Below, in pieces: positions 24,550 through 41,322 of a stretch of 64,000 nt of DNA. Both the position numbers and the translations under genes were made by a program. Each line of letters begins with the position of its first letter. Within the stretch, counting starts at the first letter, position 1. The stretch lies in the NCBI RefSeq assembly GCF_030144855.1, contig NC_082736.1, forward strand, positions 6,758,001 to 6,822,000, read 5' to 3'. A model generated the notes under the pieces. The model searched no databases and was not told the origin of the DNA. It was given only the letters and a program-made list of their open reading frames with translations. Source of the DNA: Hypanus sabinus. Lineage: Eukaryota.

Positions 24550-25959
24550 TTCCTCGTCGGTTTCAAACACAATAATAAGCTGAAGCTGTCCGGAGCGCGG
24601 ATTAAATAGGCAGCGCCCAAAGTGGTATGTTAATGAGGATGGGAATGCTGAGCATTTCCATTGGCTGTTTGAGAAAATGAATCACCAATCGGAACGCTGG
24701 GGGATGGGAAGCAGCACCAATTTGTGGCGGTTACCGCTGTCGTTTAATGCGGGAGGAAGTACAGAAGGGCAGAGACAGGCGGGGGTGCGGGCTGACATTG
24801 AGAAGTGAAACGCAAATTTCAAAAGCAGAATGAAAATAAAATCAGATGAAATATTGTAAAATTAAACACTAAGACGTTCAGTTCATGACACAGGGGAGCA
24901 GGAGAGCGAAGGAGAGATTTGGACATTTCAATGTAAAGTTCAAATCGAGTTTATTTATCCACAGGTGAGAGGAACCACGGATTTGTAGCAGCATCACAGA
25001 CGCATTGCATCAGACACAATATTGACAAGAAACACTGGAATTAAATATGAATTATACCAAAATATTCAAATAGACAGAGGACTATCAGAACAAAATCAAA
25101 ATAACAAAGAGATTATGCAGGCAGTGGGAGAATCACCCCTCCTGTGCTTCTTCATCTCGACACTCTCGATTCAGAGTCACGCAACGCTGCCACTTTGATC
25201 TGGCCCATGCCTTCATTCACCAGGTCCAACACTTGCCTTTATTGGATCTTCCTCCTCCTGACACTAGTCATCGTGTATGTGGGGCTGTGTGTCCCCTTGG
25301 ACCTCTGGACTAGGTTTGAGTGTAGGCCTGGTGGATGTATATGTGGGCCTGGGAGAGATAAGGCTGTTGATTGTGTATGGTGAGATATGTGGGGCTACGG
25401 TGGATGGGGTAGTGTAGTGGAGCCACACAGTGGCTGATGCCTTTCATTATCGTGGTTCAACACCACTTGGCTTAGGGAACCGGGTGTGCAAAGGGACACA
25501 TCATCAGTAATACAACTTAGTGTCATTGGGTGTTTTGGGTCTTTAATCATGAGACAATCTCGCCCAGGCGACCCAGCCAGGGTAGATCAGGCCCGGTTTG
25601 TGTTTATCCCATGGAGCAAGATAATGAGATGCATGTTGCATGATCTTAGACCTTATTACTTGGCTTTATTTTGACCATTTGGGGAGTAGAATGTTCTGAG
25701 GCCTAGTAATCAGGCTTTACCTCCAAATACGGTTCAACTTCCCTACTAAATTTACACCAGTCTTTATTTTGCATCTGAGTGCCTGGGATTGCATGGGTTA
25801 AATTAACAGTGTTTACTGCAGTACAAACTAGAGATTAATGTTGGGCAGATTGATCCGTGATTCCAAAACGCAAAAATCTCTGAAATCCAGAAGCTTTTGT
25901 GCCGACATGACATCACAAATAGGGAATACAGACCCAGCCCACTCACTCTCCTCTCATAT

Positions 25960-27110
25960 AACCAACCCTCCATCCCTGGAACCAGCCCAGTCAGTGTGGG
26001 GAATAGTCACTGAACTCCCTCTATTGCAGGGATATCCTTCCTGAGGAAGTGTGACCAAACCCGGACACTATATTCAAGGTGTGCTCTCACCAGGGCCCTA
26101 TAGAATCCAGTGAGACATCTGTACCCCTCTTCTCCACTCCTCCTGGATCACAGGACAAAATACTGTTTGCCTCTCTCAGTACTTGTTGTATCAGGATGTT
26201 AACTCAAGTGATTTGTTTACAATGACACCCAGGTCCCTCTGAACATCCCGTGTAGAAACGACTCTTACAGTTTGATCCTGGGAATGGGTGATCTCACATT
26301 TCCCCACATTCTGTTCCATCTGCCCCATCCTCAACCATTTACTCTCCTGTCTACATCCCCCAAACCTTCTCACTACTGACCCTGTCCCTCCCACTCTGTC
26401 ACAGCAGCAGACGTAGTCACTGATTTATGCTGAACAGGAACAGGCCCATCAGCCCAACACATCCATGCTGACCAAGTGGCCAAACAAAACCATTGTCAGT
26501 TACCTGAATTTGGCCCATGTCCCTGTGAAACTTCCCTCTCCACAGTCGAAGAGATATTGCAACTCTGCTCCACATACCATCACTGGAGGTAGTTTGTTCC
26601 ATGTAAACACCACATTCTGTGAACAAAACCTGCTCCTCAGGGTCCCAGTTAAATTTTTCCTCTCGCACTTTATACCTGTAATCTCTAGCTTCCAACTCCA
26701 TGACCCTGGAGATAACAGATTCACTATTGAACGTATCAATGTCTGCCGTTATTTTATCAGCCTCTCTAATGTCACATACACTCTGGTGAGAATGTTCCAG
26801 CCTATCCAGCCTCCTTGTAAATCTCTTTTGCACCCTCTCCAGTTTAATGTCACCCTCTGATCACTGGGCAACTATAACTGTACGCCGTGCTCCAAGAGTG
26901 GTTTCCCCAAGGCTGGTAGAGCTGTAATGTGACGTCACAGTCCAGTGCCCAATACTCTCCCGATGAATGCAAGTGTGGCAAACACCACCTTCACCGTCCT
27001 GCCGACCTGTGTTTACACTTTGAAGGAATTCGATATCTGCACCCCGATGTCTCTCTGTTTTACAGCACTCCCAGGGACCGACCATTCCCCACGGCAGTTC
27101 TGCCCTGGTT
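25960..27110 (-). mobile_element. Degenerate CR1 3' fragments
   Basis: QRDLGVIV, QKRFTR and VFTWNKLP motifs. Confidence 0.6.
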
Positions 27111-27561
27111 CGTCAATGACAACGGAACATCTCTTGTTCTTGTTTGCAGACTCGAAGGGCCGAATGGACTACTCCTGCACCTATTTTCTATCTCACATTT
27201 ATCTGTCATTACTCAAATCACTGACCTCATTGACCACCGTCCTGTTGTATTGCTGGTTACATTCTTCACACTTTAGTGATATCTGCATATTTGCTGAGCC
27301 GGGCATTGACATTGTCAGCCGAGTCTTTAATGAATGAACTGCAGCAGCAGACCTGACTCAGCTCCCAGGCTTTTCCTTGCAGCGATACCCGCACAGTGCT
27401 GGAGGAACTCAGCAGGCCAGGCAGAATCTGTGAGAAACATAAATAGCCAACGTTTCAGGCCGAGACCGTCCAGAATCTGAACAATGTCTTGTGTTTGGTT
27501 TTCCATCGATCCTTTCCTACGGGACTGGATAACATAACCCATCCTCCAATCCTCTGTCACT

Positions 27562-28130
27562 ACTCCCGCCCGAGAAACGCGCAGAGATACAGAGGCGGGG
27601 AGGTGAGGGGACAGAGTCAGGGTGACGGACAGGGCCGAGACCGGCCTCTCATCGTCCAGCTCCGTCTTCACTTTACCACATCCGGCAATTTCCAACGGTC
27701 TATCCGAAACACAGAGCTCCAGAGAGGGGAAGGAAAACTCCCTCACACACCACGTCCACAGTGAAGGATTTCTAGGAATTTACTGGCTGTCGGACTTCAT
27801 GCAATCAGAATACAGTGTGATTGACGCAGGATTAATTTCAAATCGCCCACCAATTTCAGAGCACCCAGGAACAGTGCTTGATTACTTTATATTATTTACC
27901 ATTAATTGTATCACAGATTCTACAATGTCAGTTTCATTTGATATATAATTGTCTCAGTGAAGATTTAAATGGATGATTACAGAATCGTTTCTCTGAATGA
28001 GGGAACTGATTTCTGTCCGAGACAGACAAGGGGATGCTGATCGATCTTAATGCATTCCGAGCTTCTGCCGTAATCACCGAGTGAAAAAGCAGAATCGCAG
28101 GGATATTTCAAGCGGAACGGATTAATCTGC
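27562..28130 (-). repeat. Diverged inverted copies of the H4 upstream region (27562-27777) and the H4-H3 spacer (27780-28130)
   Basis: Reverse complement of 44172-44370 and of 6658-6997 respectively. Confidence 0.88.
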
Positions 28131-28210
28131 TTCAAAAGTAGCTCAGCCAAATATATCGATAAAAATAATTAAAAGGTTGTGGACACGGCTCCCTCTGTGA
28201 GGCGGTGGGT

Positions 28211-28226
28211 GGCTCTTAGAAGAGCC
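28211..28226 (-). terminator. Stem-loop of the truncated H4
   Basis: Identical to 6562-6577. Confidence 0.9.
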
Positions 28227-28259
28227 TTTGTGTTGTGTTCGGGAGGAAGTGGGAGTTTT

Positions 28260-32843
<4,584 letters not shown>

Positions 32844-33726
32844 TCAAGAGAGTGAATCCAAGGAAAGCGTCCGGTCTGGATGGAGAAGCTGGCTGAGTAC
32901 TGAAGACCTGTGCTGACCAGCTGGCTGGTGTATTCACAGATACCTTCAACCTCCCTATCTGGCAGTGTGTGGTACCCAACTGCTTCAAGGAAGCTTCAAT
33001 CATATCAGTGCCCAACAGCAGCAAGGTAACCTGTCCAAATGACTATTGCCCAGTGCCAATAAAACATCCACAGTGATTAAGTGTGTTGAGAGGCTGGTGT
33101 TGAAGCATATCATCTCTTGTCCGAATGGTGACTTGGATCACCTCCAATTCACCAACTGAAGCAACAGCAGATGTGTCTCACTGGCTCTTCACACAACTCT
33201 GGAACATCTGGACAGGAAAGATGCAAACATCAGGATGCCCTTTATTGATTACAGCTCAGCATTGAACACTGTCCTACCCTCAAATCTAATCAGTAAACTC
33301 CAAGTCCTTGGCGTCAATACCCCCGTGTGCAAGTGGATCCTGGATTTCCTCAGTTGCAGACCCCAGTCAGTAGAGATTGGCAAAAACATCTCGTCCACAA
33401 TGTCTATCAGCACAACCGGGAAGTGAGCTTCGCCCCCAGCTCTCCTCGCTCTACACCTGTGACTGTGTGGCTCAGTGCAGCTGCAAGATTTACAAGTTTG
33501 CTGATGACACCACTGTTGTGGGCTGTATCAAAGGGGGTGATGGATCAGAGTACAGGAGGGAAATCGAAAACATGGTGGAGTGGTGTTATGACAAGAACCT
33601 CTCACTCAATGTCAGTAAGACCAAGTAGACTTCAGGAGAGGAAACCAGAGGTGCATGAGCCAGTAATCAAAGGACAATCGGAGGTGGAGAGGGTCAGTAA
33701 CTTTAAATTCCTGACACCCGCAAATT
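32844..33726 (+). mobile_element. Rex1/Babar LINE RT fragment
   Basis: VLKTCADQLAGVFTDTFN, FIDYSSALNTV, IYKFADDTTVVGCI. Confidence 0.88.
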
Positions 33727-34120
33727 NNNNNNNNNNNNNNNNNNNNNNNNNNNNNNNNNNNNNNNNNNNNNNNNNNNNNNNNNNNNNNNNNNNNNNNNNN
33801 NNNNNNNNNNNNNNNNNNNNNNNNNNNNNNNNNNNNNNNNNNNNNNNNNNNNNNNNNNNNNNNNNNNNNNNNNNNNNNNNNNNNNNNNNNNNNNNNNNNN
33901 NNNNNNNNNNNNNNNNNNNNNNNNNNNNNNNNNNNNNNNNNNNNNNNNNNNNNNNNNNNNNNNNNNNNNNNNNNNNNNNNNNNNNNNNNNNNNNNNNNNN
34001 NNNNNNNNNNNNNNNNNNNNNNNNNNNNNNNNNNNNNNNNNNNNNNNNNNNNNNNNNNNNNNNNNNNNNNNNNNNNNNNNNNNNNNNNNNNNNNNNNNNN
34101 NNNNNNNNNNNNNNNNNNNN
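33727..34120. other. Assembly gap (394 N)
   Basis: Run of n. Confidence 1.
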
Positions 34121-34329
34121 ACATGTTGAGGTGAGTTTAGGTGTCATTCGCTCACGAGCATAGCCAATGTTATTTAAACTAACTGGCTCGCTGCTAAGGA
34201 GCTATTCTGTTGCAGACATCCCACCTCTCCCGGAGCCTCCCGCATATTGACGGTGCTACCTCCCTGAGGGGGGTATCTGCAATTCCCGTGGGTGGGGGAG
34301 GGGGGCACTGTTCACGGAAATCCCCCACT

Positions 34330-34500
34330 GTTTGCAATGACGCGCTGACGTCACAAAGGAGCCAGTTTCACCGACGTCGTTGCCAGGGGAACGGTCCGGG
34401 ATGGAGGGGATGGGGCTGCGGTTAGTCCGGGATGGTGGACATGGGGTTGTAGTAAAGTGGAATCGGCCTCTCCTCTTCCCGCCCTCGGAACAGTGAGTGT
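34330..34500 (+). promoter_or_regulatory. CpG-rich promoter-like patch: CRE, RFX X-box-like site, splice donor
   Basis: TGACGTCA 34346-34353; GTTGCCAGGGGAAC 34379-34392; CA/GTGAGT at ~34493. Confidence 0.5.
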
Positions 34501-35559
34501 CTGTCAGCGCCTCACCGCACCGGCTCTCTGCCTCAGGTACAATATTTAAACCATATTTGCACAGTTACATGGATAGGAAAGGTTGAGAGGGACACGGGCC
34601 TAATGCAGGCGGATGGGACGAGTTCAGGTCGACAACTTGGTCGGCGTGGATGAGTTTTACCGAAGGGACGGTTTCAGTTCACTGACTCTATTTTGGGAGG
34701 TTAATTCCGGATGTCAGCTAAATGTGTGAAATATTTACCCCTCAGATCCCATTTAAATCTGTTTTTGTACAATTCTAATGAGAGGCGATTCTTTGGCTGA
34801 TAAGGCAAGTAGAACACACGACCCTGTCTCTCTGTGATGCCACATACAGGGAACTGTGTAACAATATTAGAGACACATGCACAGGTACTTCAGTGAGCAA
34901 GGCCCGGATGGATATGAAACTAATGCAGGGAAGTGGGATTAGTAAAGCTGTTCATGATGGGGAGCATAAATGTGATGGGCCAGAGGGTCTGTTTCTATCC
35001 TGCACAACCCTGGCAACAGCAGTCCTCCACTGCAGTGGGGTTTGTTAACTTCATTCTCAGCTGTGAGCTTGTTCCACTGAACGCATTATACTCTGAGAAG
35101 ATATCTGCACCATCCCACTTTGACCGAGCTGTTAGCCATCTGTCCCAATATTACCTGTAGTACATTAACAAATTCCCATACAAAAGCACTGTCACTGGTG
35201 CACAGGGAATGGGAGTATTTTGGTAGCTTTTTGAGGATGTTGGTTTACTATTTGACCATTAATACCTTTGTCCAACAGAAATCCATCTTCCTGGGTTTCA
35301 GGTAAGTCCATGCTGAAGTTCTGTGTTCCAGGTTCCTACTGCAGTTTCACAGTCAGTGGTTTTTGCGTTTCTATACTGACCATCAAAAATCTGTGTCCAC
35401 TAAGTCAGCACTTGGTCTGTCTTCTACTCTACCTTGGTGATTCAAATGCTCATCCAGATGGTCCTTAAATACCAGCCTGCACCACCCCCCTCAGGCAGTG
35501 TGTTCCCGATTGTAACCACCTTCAGAGGAGGGAGCTCAGGTCCTCTGTAAACCACACAT

Positions 35560-37410
35560 TTCTCTTGTTAAATTTATGTTGCAGACACCTCATACTTGTG
35601 TGAATTAAATTCCATCTGCCATTTTTCCAGCTGGTCCACATCCCAGATCAAGATTTGCCACAATTCCTCACTGTCCACTACACCCCTAAACTTGGTGTCA
35701 TCTGCAAACTCGCTGATCCAGTTTACCACATTCTCATCCAGATTGTTCATACAGGTGGAAAACAACAATGGACCCAGCACCGGGAAGTTCAACCATTTGA
35801 GGTGAAAGAGGCTCTGCTGTGCCATTTTCACCACAAAGCAGGTACGTGAAGACCACGTGAGATCCTCAGGTATGTTGATGCAGAGGAACTGAAAGCTGTT
35901 TACCCTCTCAACCCCAGATCCATTGATGTCAATAGGGGTTAGCCCGTCTCCATTAATCCGCACAGATTGTGGTCTCCCAGTTAGGAAGTCAAGGATCCAA
36001 TTGCAGAGGGACCAGGTTCCTTAGATTATTGATCAGGTCTGTGGGAATGACGGTGTTAAACACTGAGCTCTGGTCAGTGAACAACATCCTGACATAGGCA
36101 GGACAGATTCACTGCCCTTTACTAAGAAAATAATTCCTTATCTTTGTTCTACCGGGATGTCCCTGTATTCTGAGGCTGTGCCCTGTGGTCCTGGACACAC
36201 TATCAGAAACACCCTCCCCACTCCATTTTAGGCCTTTTAATATTTGATCGGTTTCAATGAGATTGACTCATTCTTCTAAAGTCCAGAGAGTACAGGCCCA
36301 GAGCTATCAAACAATACTTGTGCATTAACCCTTTTATTGCTAGGATCATTTTTGTGATCGGACCAATGCTTATATCCTTGCTTTTGTATTGTAGTCCTCT
36401 TGAAATGAATGCCGACATTTGGTTTCCTTACCACTGACTCGACTGGCAAGTTTATTTTTAGGAAATCCTGCACGTCTGAGATGGACCTGACCCCAGTACC
36501 CAGGAGGCGACACACCATCGTATCATCTCTGTTGCTGCCACAGAATCTCCTGCACATCCCCTGTACTGTGAGTCTGCTGTCATCACTGCTCTGCTTGACC
36601 TTTCCTCCCGCGGAGCATCAGTCTGGGGACTCAGTACCACTGACCTGGCGGGCTGCTGTCTCTGGTTCGTTATCCCAGGGGTATCCAAAGGAGTCTACTT
36701 GTTGCTGAGTGTCACAGCCACAGGGAGACATTACTCTGTCTGTCTCTTCCCCTTTCCGTCGTGATTGTCACACAACAGTCTGCATCCTGACCTCAGGTGT
36801 GACCAACTCACTGAATCTCTGGTCTCAGCATCCTGGAAACTCTAGGTCCGTCCATTTCCTTAACACAGTCAGTCATGAGCTGCAACTGGAGCACTTCTGA
36901 CATGTGAAGTGAACAGGGACACTGACTCCTTGACCTCCCATATCCTGTGGTGGAGCATGTCAATGCTATTACTATAATTCCAGCTGCTTCAACAAGAAGA
37001 GGAATTCCAAAGAAATCCTCTGACATTTGACTTCCCAGAGTACACTGACTTACCTCCCATTTCTCTGCCCGCATTTCCAGCTGGTCTATGTTCTGCTGAA
37101 TCCTTTGGCAACTTTCCTCACTATAAGCAATTGCACCAGTTTGTGTGTCTCTGTAGAACTACAAATCAGCCCTCCTTCATTTTGGTCCAGATCATTTCAC
37201 AAAGTCTCTTTGCAGGACTTTGTCTCTTTTGTTAGAACCAATATGGACACGTCCTCTGGCTGCTCACCCTGGCCTTTCAGAATGGCCTGTACTTGTTCAG
37301 TTATATCCTTGGCCCTGGTACCAGGGGGGTAATGCACCATCCTGCAGTCTCTCTCCTTGCCACAGATACACCTGTCTGTGACCCCGGCTAAAGACTCCCC
37401 CGTCACTGAG
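35560..37410 (-). mobile_element. Mosaic of degenerate CR1 (ORF1 esterase, ORF2) and Rex fragments
   Basis: ISEFADDTKFRGVV; INGSGVERVNSFQFL; RMVHYPPGTRAKDITEQVQAILKGQGEQP. Confidence 0.7.
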
Positions 37411-37828
37411 GCTCACCGAGAATACAGAACAGTACAGCACAGGAACAGGCCCTTCTTCCCATGATGGCTGTGCTGAACACGATGCCAAATGAAACTAAAT
37501 CTCTTCTGTCTGCGTATAATTCATGTGCTTCAATTCTCTGAATATTCATGTGTTTATCTGAAACCTTTTAAATGTCCTTATCATATCTGCTTCCACCACT
37601 CCCCGTGGCAGCCCAAACCCGGCCCTCACCACTCTCTGTACGGAAACAGAAATCTTACCTGCACTAACATCCCCCTTTAAATTCTCACCCTGTCATTTTA
37701 AAGCTGTGCCTTCTCATTTTTGATATTTCTACCATGGCATAATCATTCTGCCTGTTTACCTTGTCATGGGGCCGGGGAGGGACAGACCGAGCTCCTCGGG
37801 TATTTGCAAAGCACTTCCTATAATTTAA

Positions 37829-40711
37829 TGAGCAAACACGAGGAAATCTACAGATGCTGGAAATTCAAACAACAAACACAAAATACTGGTGGAACACAGC
37901 AGGCCAGGCAGCATCTATAAGGAGAAGCACTGTCGACGTTTAGGGCCGAGACTGTCATCAGGACTAACCAAAAGGAAAGATAGTAAGAGATTTGAAAGTA
38001 GTGGGGGGAAGGGAAAATGCAAAAGGATAGGAGAAGACTGGAGGGGGTGGGATGAAGCTAAGAGCTGGAAAGGTGATTGGTGAAAGTGATACTGAACTGG
38101 AGAAGGGAAACGATCCTGGGACGGGAGGCTTCGGGTGAAAGCAAGCGGGGGGTAAGCACCAGAGGGAGATGGAAAAAGGCAAACAACTATGTCAGAGATG
38201 GGGTAAGAAGGGGAGGAGGGGCATTAATTGAAGTTAGAGAAGTCAATGTTCATACCATCAGGTTGGAGGCTACCCAGCCAGTATATAAGGTGTTGTTCCT
38301 CCAACCTGAGTGTGGCTTCATCTTGACAGCAGAGGAGGCCATGAATAGACATATCAGAGTGGGAATGGGACGTGGAATTAAAATGTGTGGCCACTGGGAG
38401 ATCCTGCTTTCTCTGATGGACCAAGCGTAGGTGTTCAGCGAAACGGTCTCCCAGTCTGTGTCGGGTCTCACCAATATAGAAAAGGCCACACTGGGAGCAC
38501 CGGACGCAGTATACCACACCAGCCGACTCACAGGTGAAGTGTTGCCTCACCTGGAAGGACTGTCTGGGGCCCTGAATGGTGGTGAGGGAGGAGGTGTAAG
38601 GGCAGGTGTAGCACTTGTTCCGCTTACAAGGATAAGTGCCAGGAGGGGGATCAGTGGGAAGGGATGGGGGGACTAGTGGACAATGGAGTCGCGTAGGGAG
38701 CGATCCCTGCAGAAAGCAAAAAGGGGGGTAGGGAAAGATGTGCTTGGTAGTGGGATCACTTTAGAGGTGGTGGAAGTTACGGAGAATTATACGTTGGAGC
38801 CGGAGGCTGGTGGGGTGGTAGGTGAGGGCAAGGGGAACCCCATCCCGAGTGGGGTGGCGGGCGGATGGGGTGGGGGTAGATGTCTGGAAAATGTGAGAGA
38901 TGCTTTGGAGAGCAGAGTTGATGGTGGAAGAAGGGAAGCCCCTTTGTTTAAAAAAGGAAGACATCTTCGTCCTGGAATGAAAAGCCTCATCTGAGAGCAG
39001 ATGTGGCAGAGACGGAGGAATTGTGAGAAGGGGATAGCATTTTTGCAAGAGACAGGGTGGGAAGAGGAATAGGCCAGGTAGCTGTGAGAGTCTGTAGGCT
39101 TATAGTAGATATCAGTAGATAAACCGTCTCCAGAGATGGAGACAGAATAATCAAGAAAGGGGAGGGAGGTGTCGGAAATGGACCAGGTAAATTTGAGGGC
39201 AGGGTGAAAGTTGGAAACAAAGTTAATGAAGTCAACGAGCTCAGCATGCGTGCAGGAGGCCGCGCCAATGCAGTCATCGATGTAGTGAAGGAAAAGAGGG
39301 GGATGGATACCCGTATAGACTTGGAACATGGACTGTTCCACAAAGCCAACAAAAAGGCAGGCATAACTGGGACCCATACGGGTGCCCATGGCTATAACCT
39401 TGCTTTGGAAAAAGTGGGAGGAGCCAAAGGAGAAATTATTCAGAGTAACAACTAATTCCGCTAGATGGAGGAGAGTTGTGGTAAAGGGGAATTGGTTAGG
39501 TCTGAAATCCAAAAAGAAGGAAGGAGCTTCGAGACCGTCTGGGTGGGGGATGGAGGTATATAGGGACTGGACGTCCACGGTGAAAATAAGGCAGTGGGGG
39601 CCAGGGAACTTAAAATCACTGAAAAAATTCAAAGCATGAGAAGTGTCACAAACATAGGTGGAAAGAGATTGAACAAGGGGGGAATAAGACAGTGTCAAGG
39701 TATGCAGAAATGTGTTCACTGGGACAGGAGCAAGCTGAGACAATAGGTCTACCTGGACAGGCAGGTTTGTGGATCTTGGGTAGGAGGTAGAAACGGGAAG
39801 TGGGGGGTGTGGGAACTATGCGTTTGGTGGCAGTGGATGGGAGATCCTCAGAGCTGATATGGTTGGTGATGGTATAGGAGACAATGGCCTGGTGATCCTT
39901 AGTGGGGTCTTGATCAAGGGGTAAATAAGAGGAGGTATCAGAGAGTTGTCGATGTGCCTCGGCCAGGTAGAGGTCAGTACGCCAGACACCAACAGCTCCC
40001 CCCTTATCAGCAGGTTTTATAGTGAGGTTGGGATTGGTGTGGAGGGAACGGAGAGCAGAGCATTCGGAAGGAGTGAGGTTAGAATTGGAACAGGGTGCAG
40101 TGAAGTCGAGATGGTTGATGTCCCATCGGCAATTAGCAATAAAGACATCCAGAGCAGGCAGAAGACCAGAGCGGGGTGTCCATGAAGAGGAGGAGGGTTG
40201 AAGACGGGAGAAGGGGTCATCGGTGGAGGTAGGAGAGTCCTCGTCGTAGAAGTAAGTTCAGAGACGGGGCCGGCGGAAGAAGAGTTCAGTGTCATGGCGT
40301 ACACGGAACTTACTGAGGTGTGGCCGAAGGGGGACAAAGCTGAAGCCTTTACTGAGGACAGACTGCTCTGCCTCAGAGAGTTGAATGTCGGAGGGCATGG
40401 TAAATAACCAACACAGATGAGAGATGGGATCAGAGGGGTGATGGAGGCTGGTAGCATCAGTGGAGAGGGAAGGTATCACTGTAATGATTGTACGCTCTAG
40501 TATCAATTGTTTGGTGAGAGGAAGATGGAGCCTCTGAGGGCCCAGGAGCTGACGATGGGATCTGAGGGAAAGGCGATGGCAGAGTGTGGTGGGGGAAGGG
40601 GAGAAGGGAGACACAATCGCAGTATGTGAAGACCCGGCCTGAAGTTCAAGGCTGGAGTCGCAGTCGGTGGTTGAAATGACCTGACTTGTTCTAACCAAGC
40701 AGAGTCCACTG
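37829..40711 (-). mobile_element. Penelope-like element (RT plus GIY-YIG endonuclease plus terminal repeat), frameshifted, 5'-truncated
   Basis: FTVDVQSLYTSIPH, MGTRMGPSYACLFVG, YIDDCIG; VVYCVRCSQCGLFYIGETRHRLGDRFAEH; decayed hammerhead at 37932-37965. Confidence 0.93.
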
Positions 40712-41314
40712 CCAAGAAGGCCCACCAGCGCCTTTATATCCTGAGAAAGCTGAAGAAATTTGGCCTGTCCCTTAAAACTCTCACTAATTTTTATAGGTGC
40801 ACCGTAGAAAGCATTCTTCTAGGGTGCATCACAACCTGGTATGGAAGTTGTCCTGTCCAAGACCGGAAGAAGCTGCAGAAGATCGTGAACATAGCCCAGA
40901 ACATCACACAAACCAATCTTCCATCCTTGGACTCACTTTACACCACACGCTGTCGGAGCAGAGCTGCCAGGATAATCAAGGACAAGACCCACCCAGCCAA
41001 CATACTTTTTGTCCCTCTTCCCTCTGGGAGAAGGTTCAGGAGCATGAAGATTCATATGGCCAGAGTTGGGAACAGCTTCTTTCCAACTGTGATAAGACTG
41101 CTGAACAGATCCTGGCTGTACCTTCCAAATATCCGGAGCTGACTTGCACTACTGTACTTTCCCTTTTCTATTTTCTAATTATGATTTATAATTTATTTTT
41201 TTATATTTACTTCGATTTGCACTTCAGGGAGCATGAAACGCAGAAACAAATATCACTGTGATGATGGTATGCTCTAGTATCAATTGTTTGGTGACAATAA
41301 AGTATTTGTATTTG
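40712..41314 (+). mobile_element. Rex/Babar LINE 3' end with (GTATTT)n tail
   Basis: KKAHQRLYILRKLKKF..VESILLGCITTWYG..PLPSGRRFRS. Confidence 0.88.
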
Positions 41315-41322
41315 TAATTTAA

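Noticed and set aside
33327-34163. ORFs spanning X runs
   Set aside because: Artefacts of the N gap.
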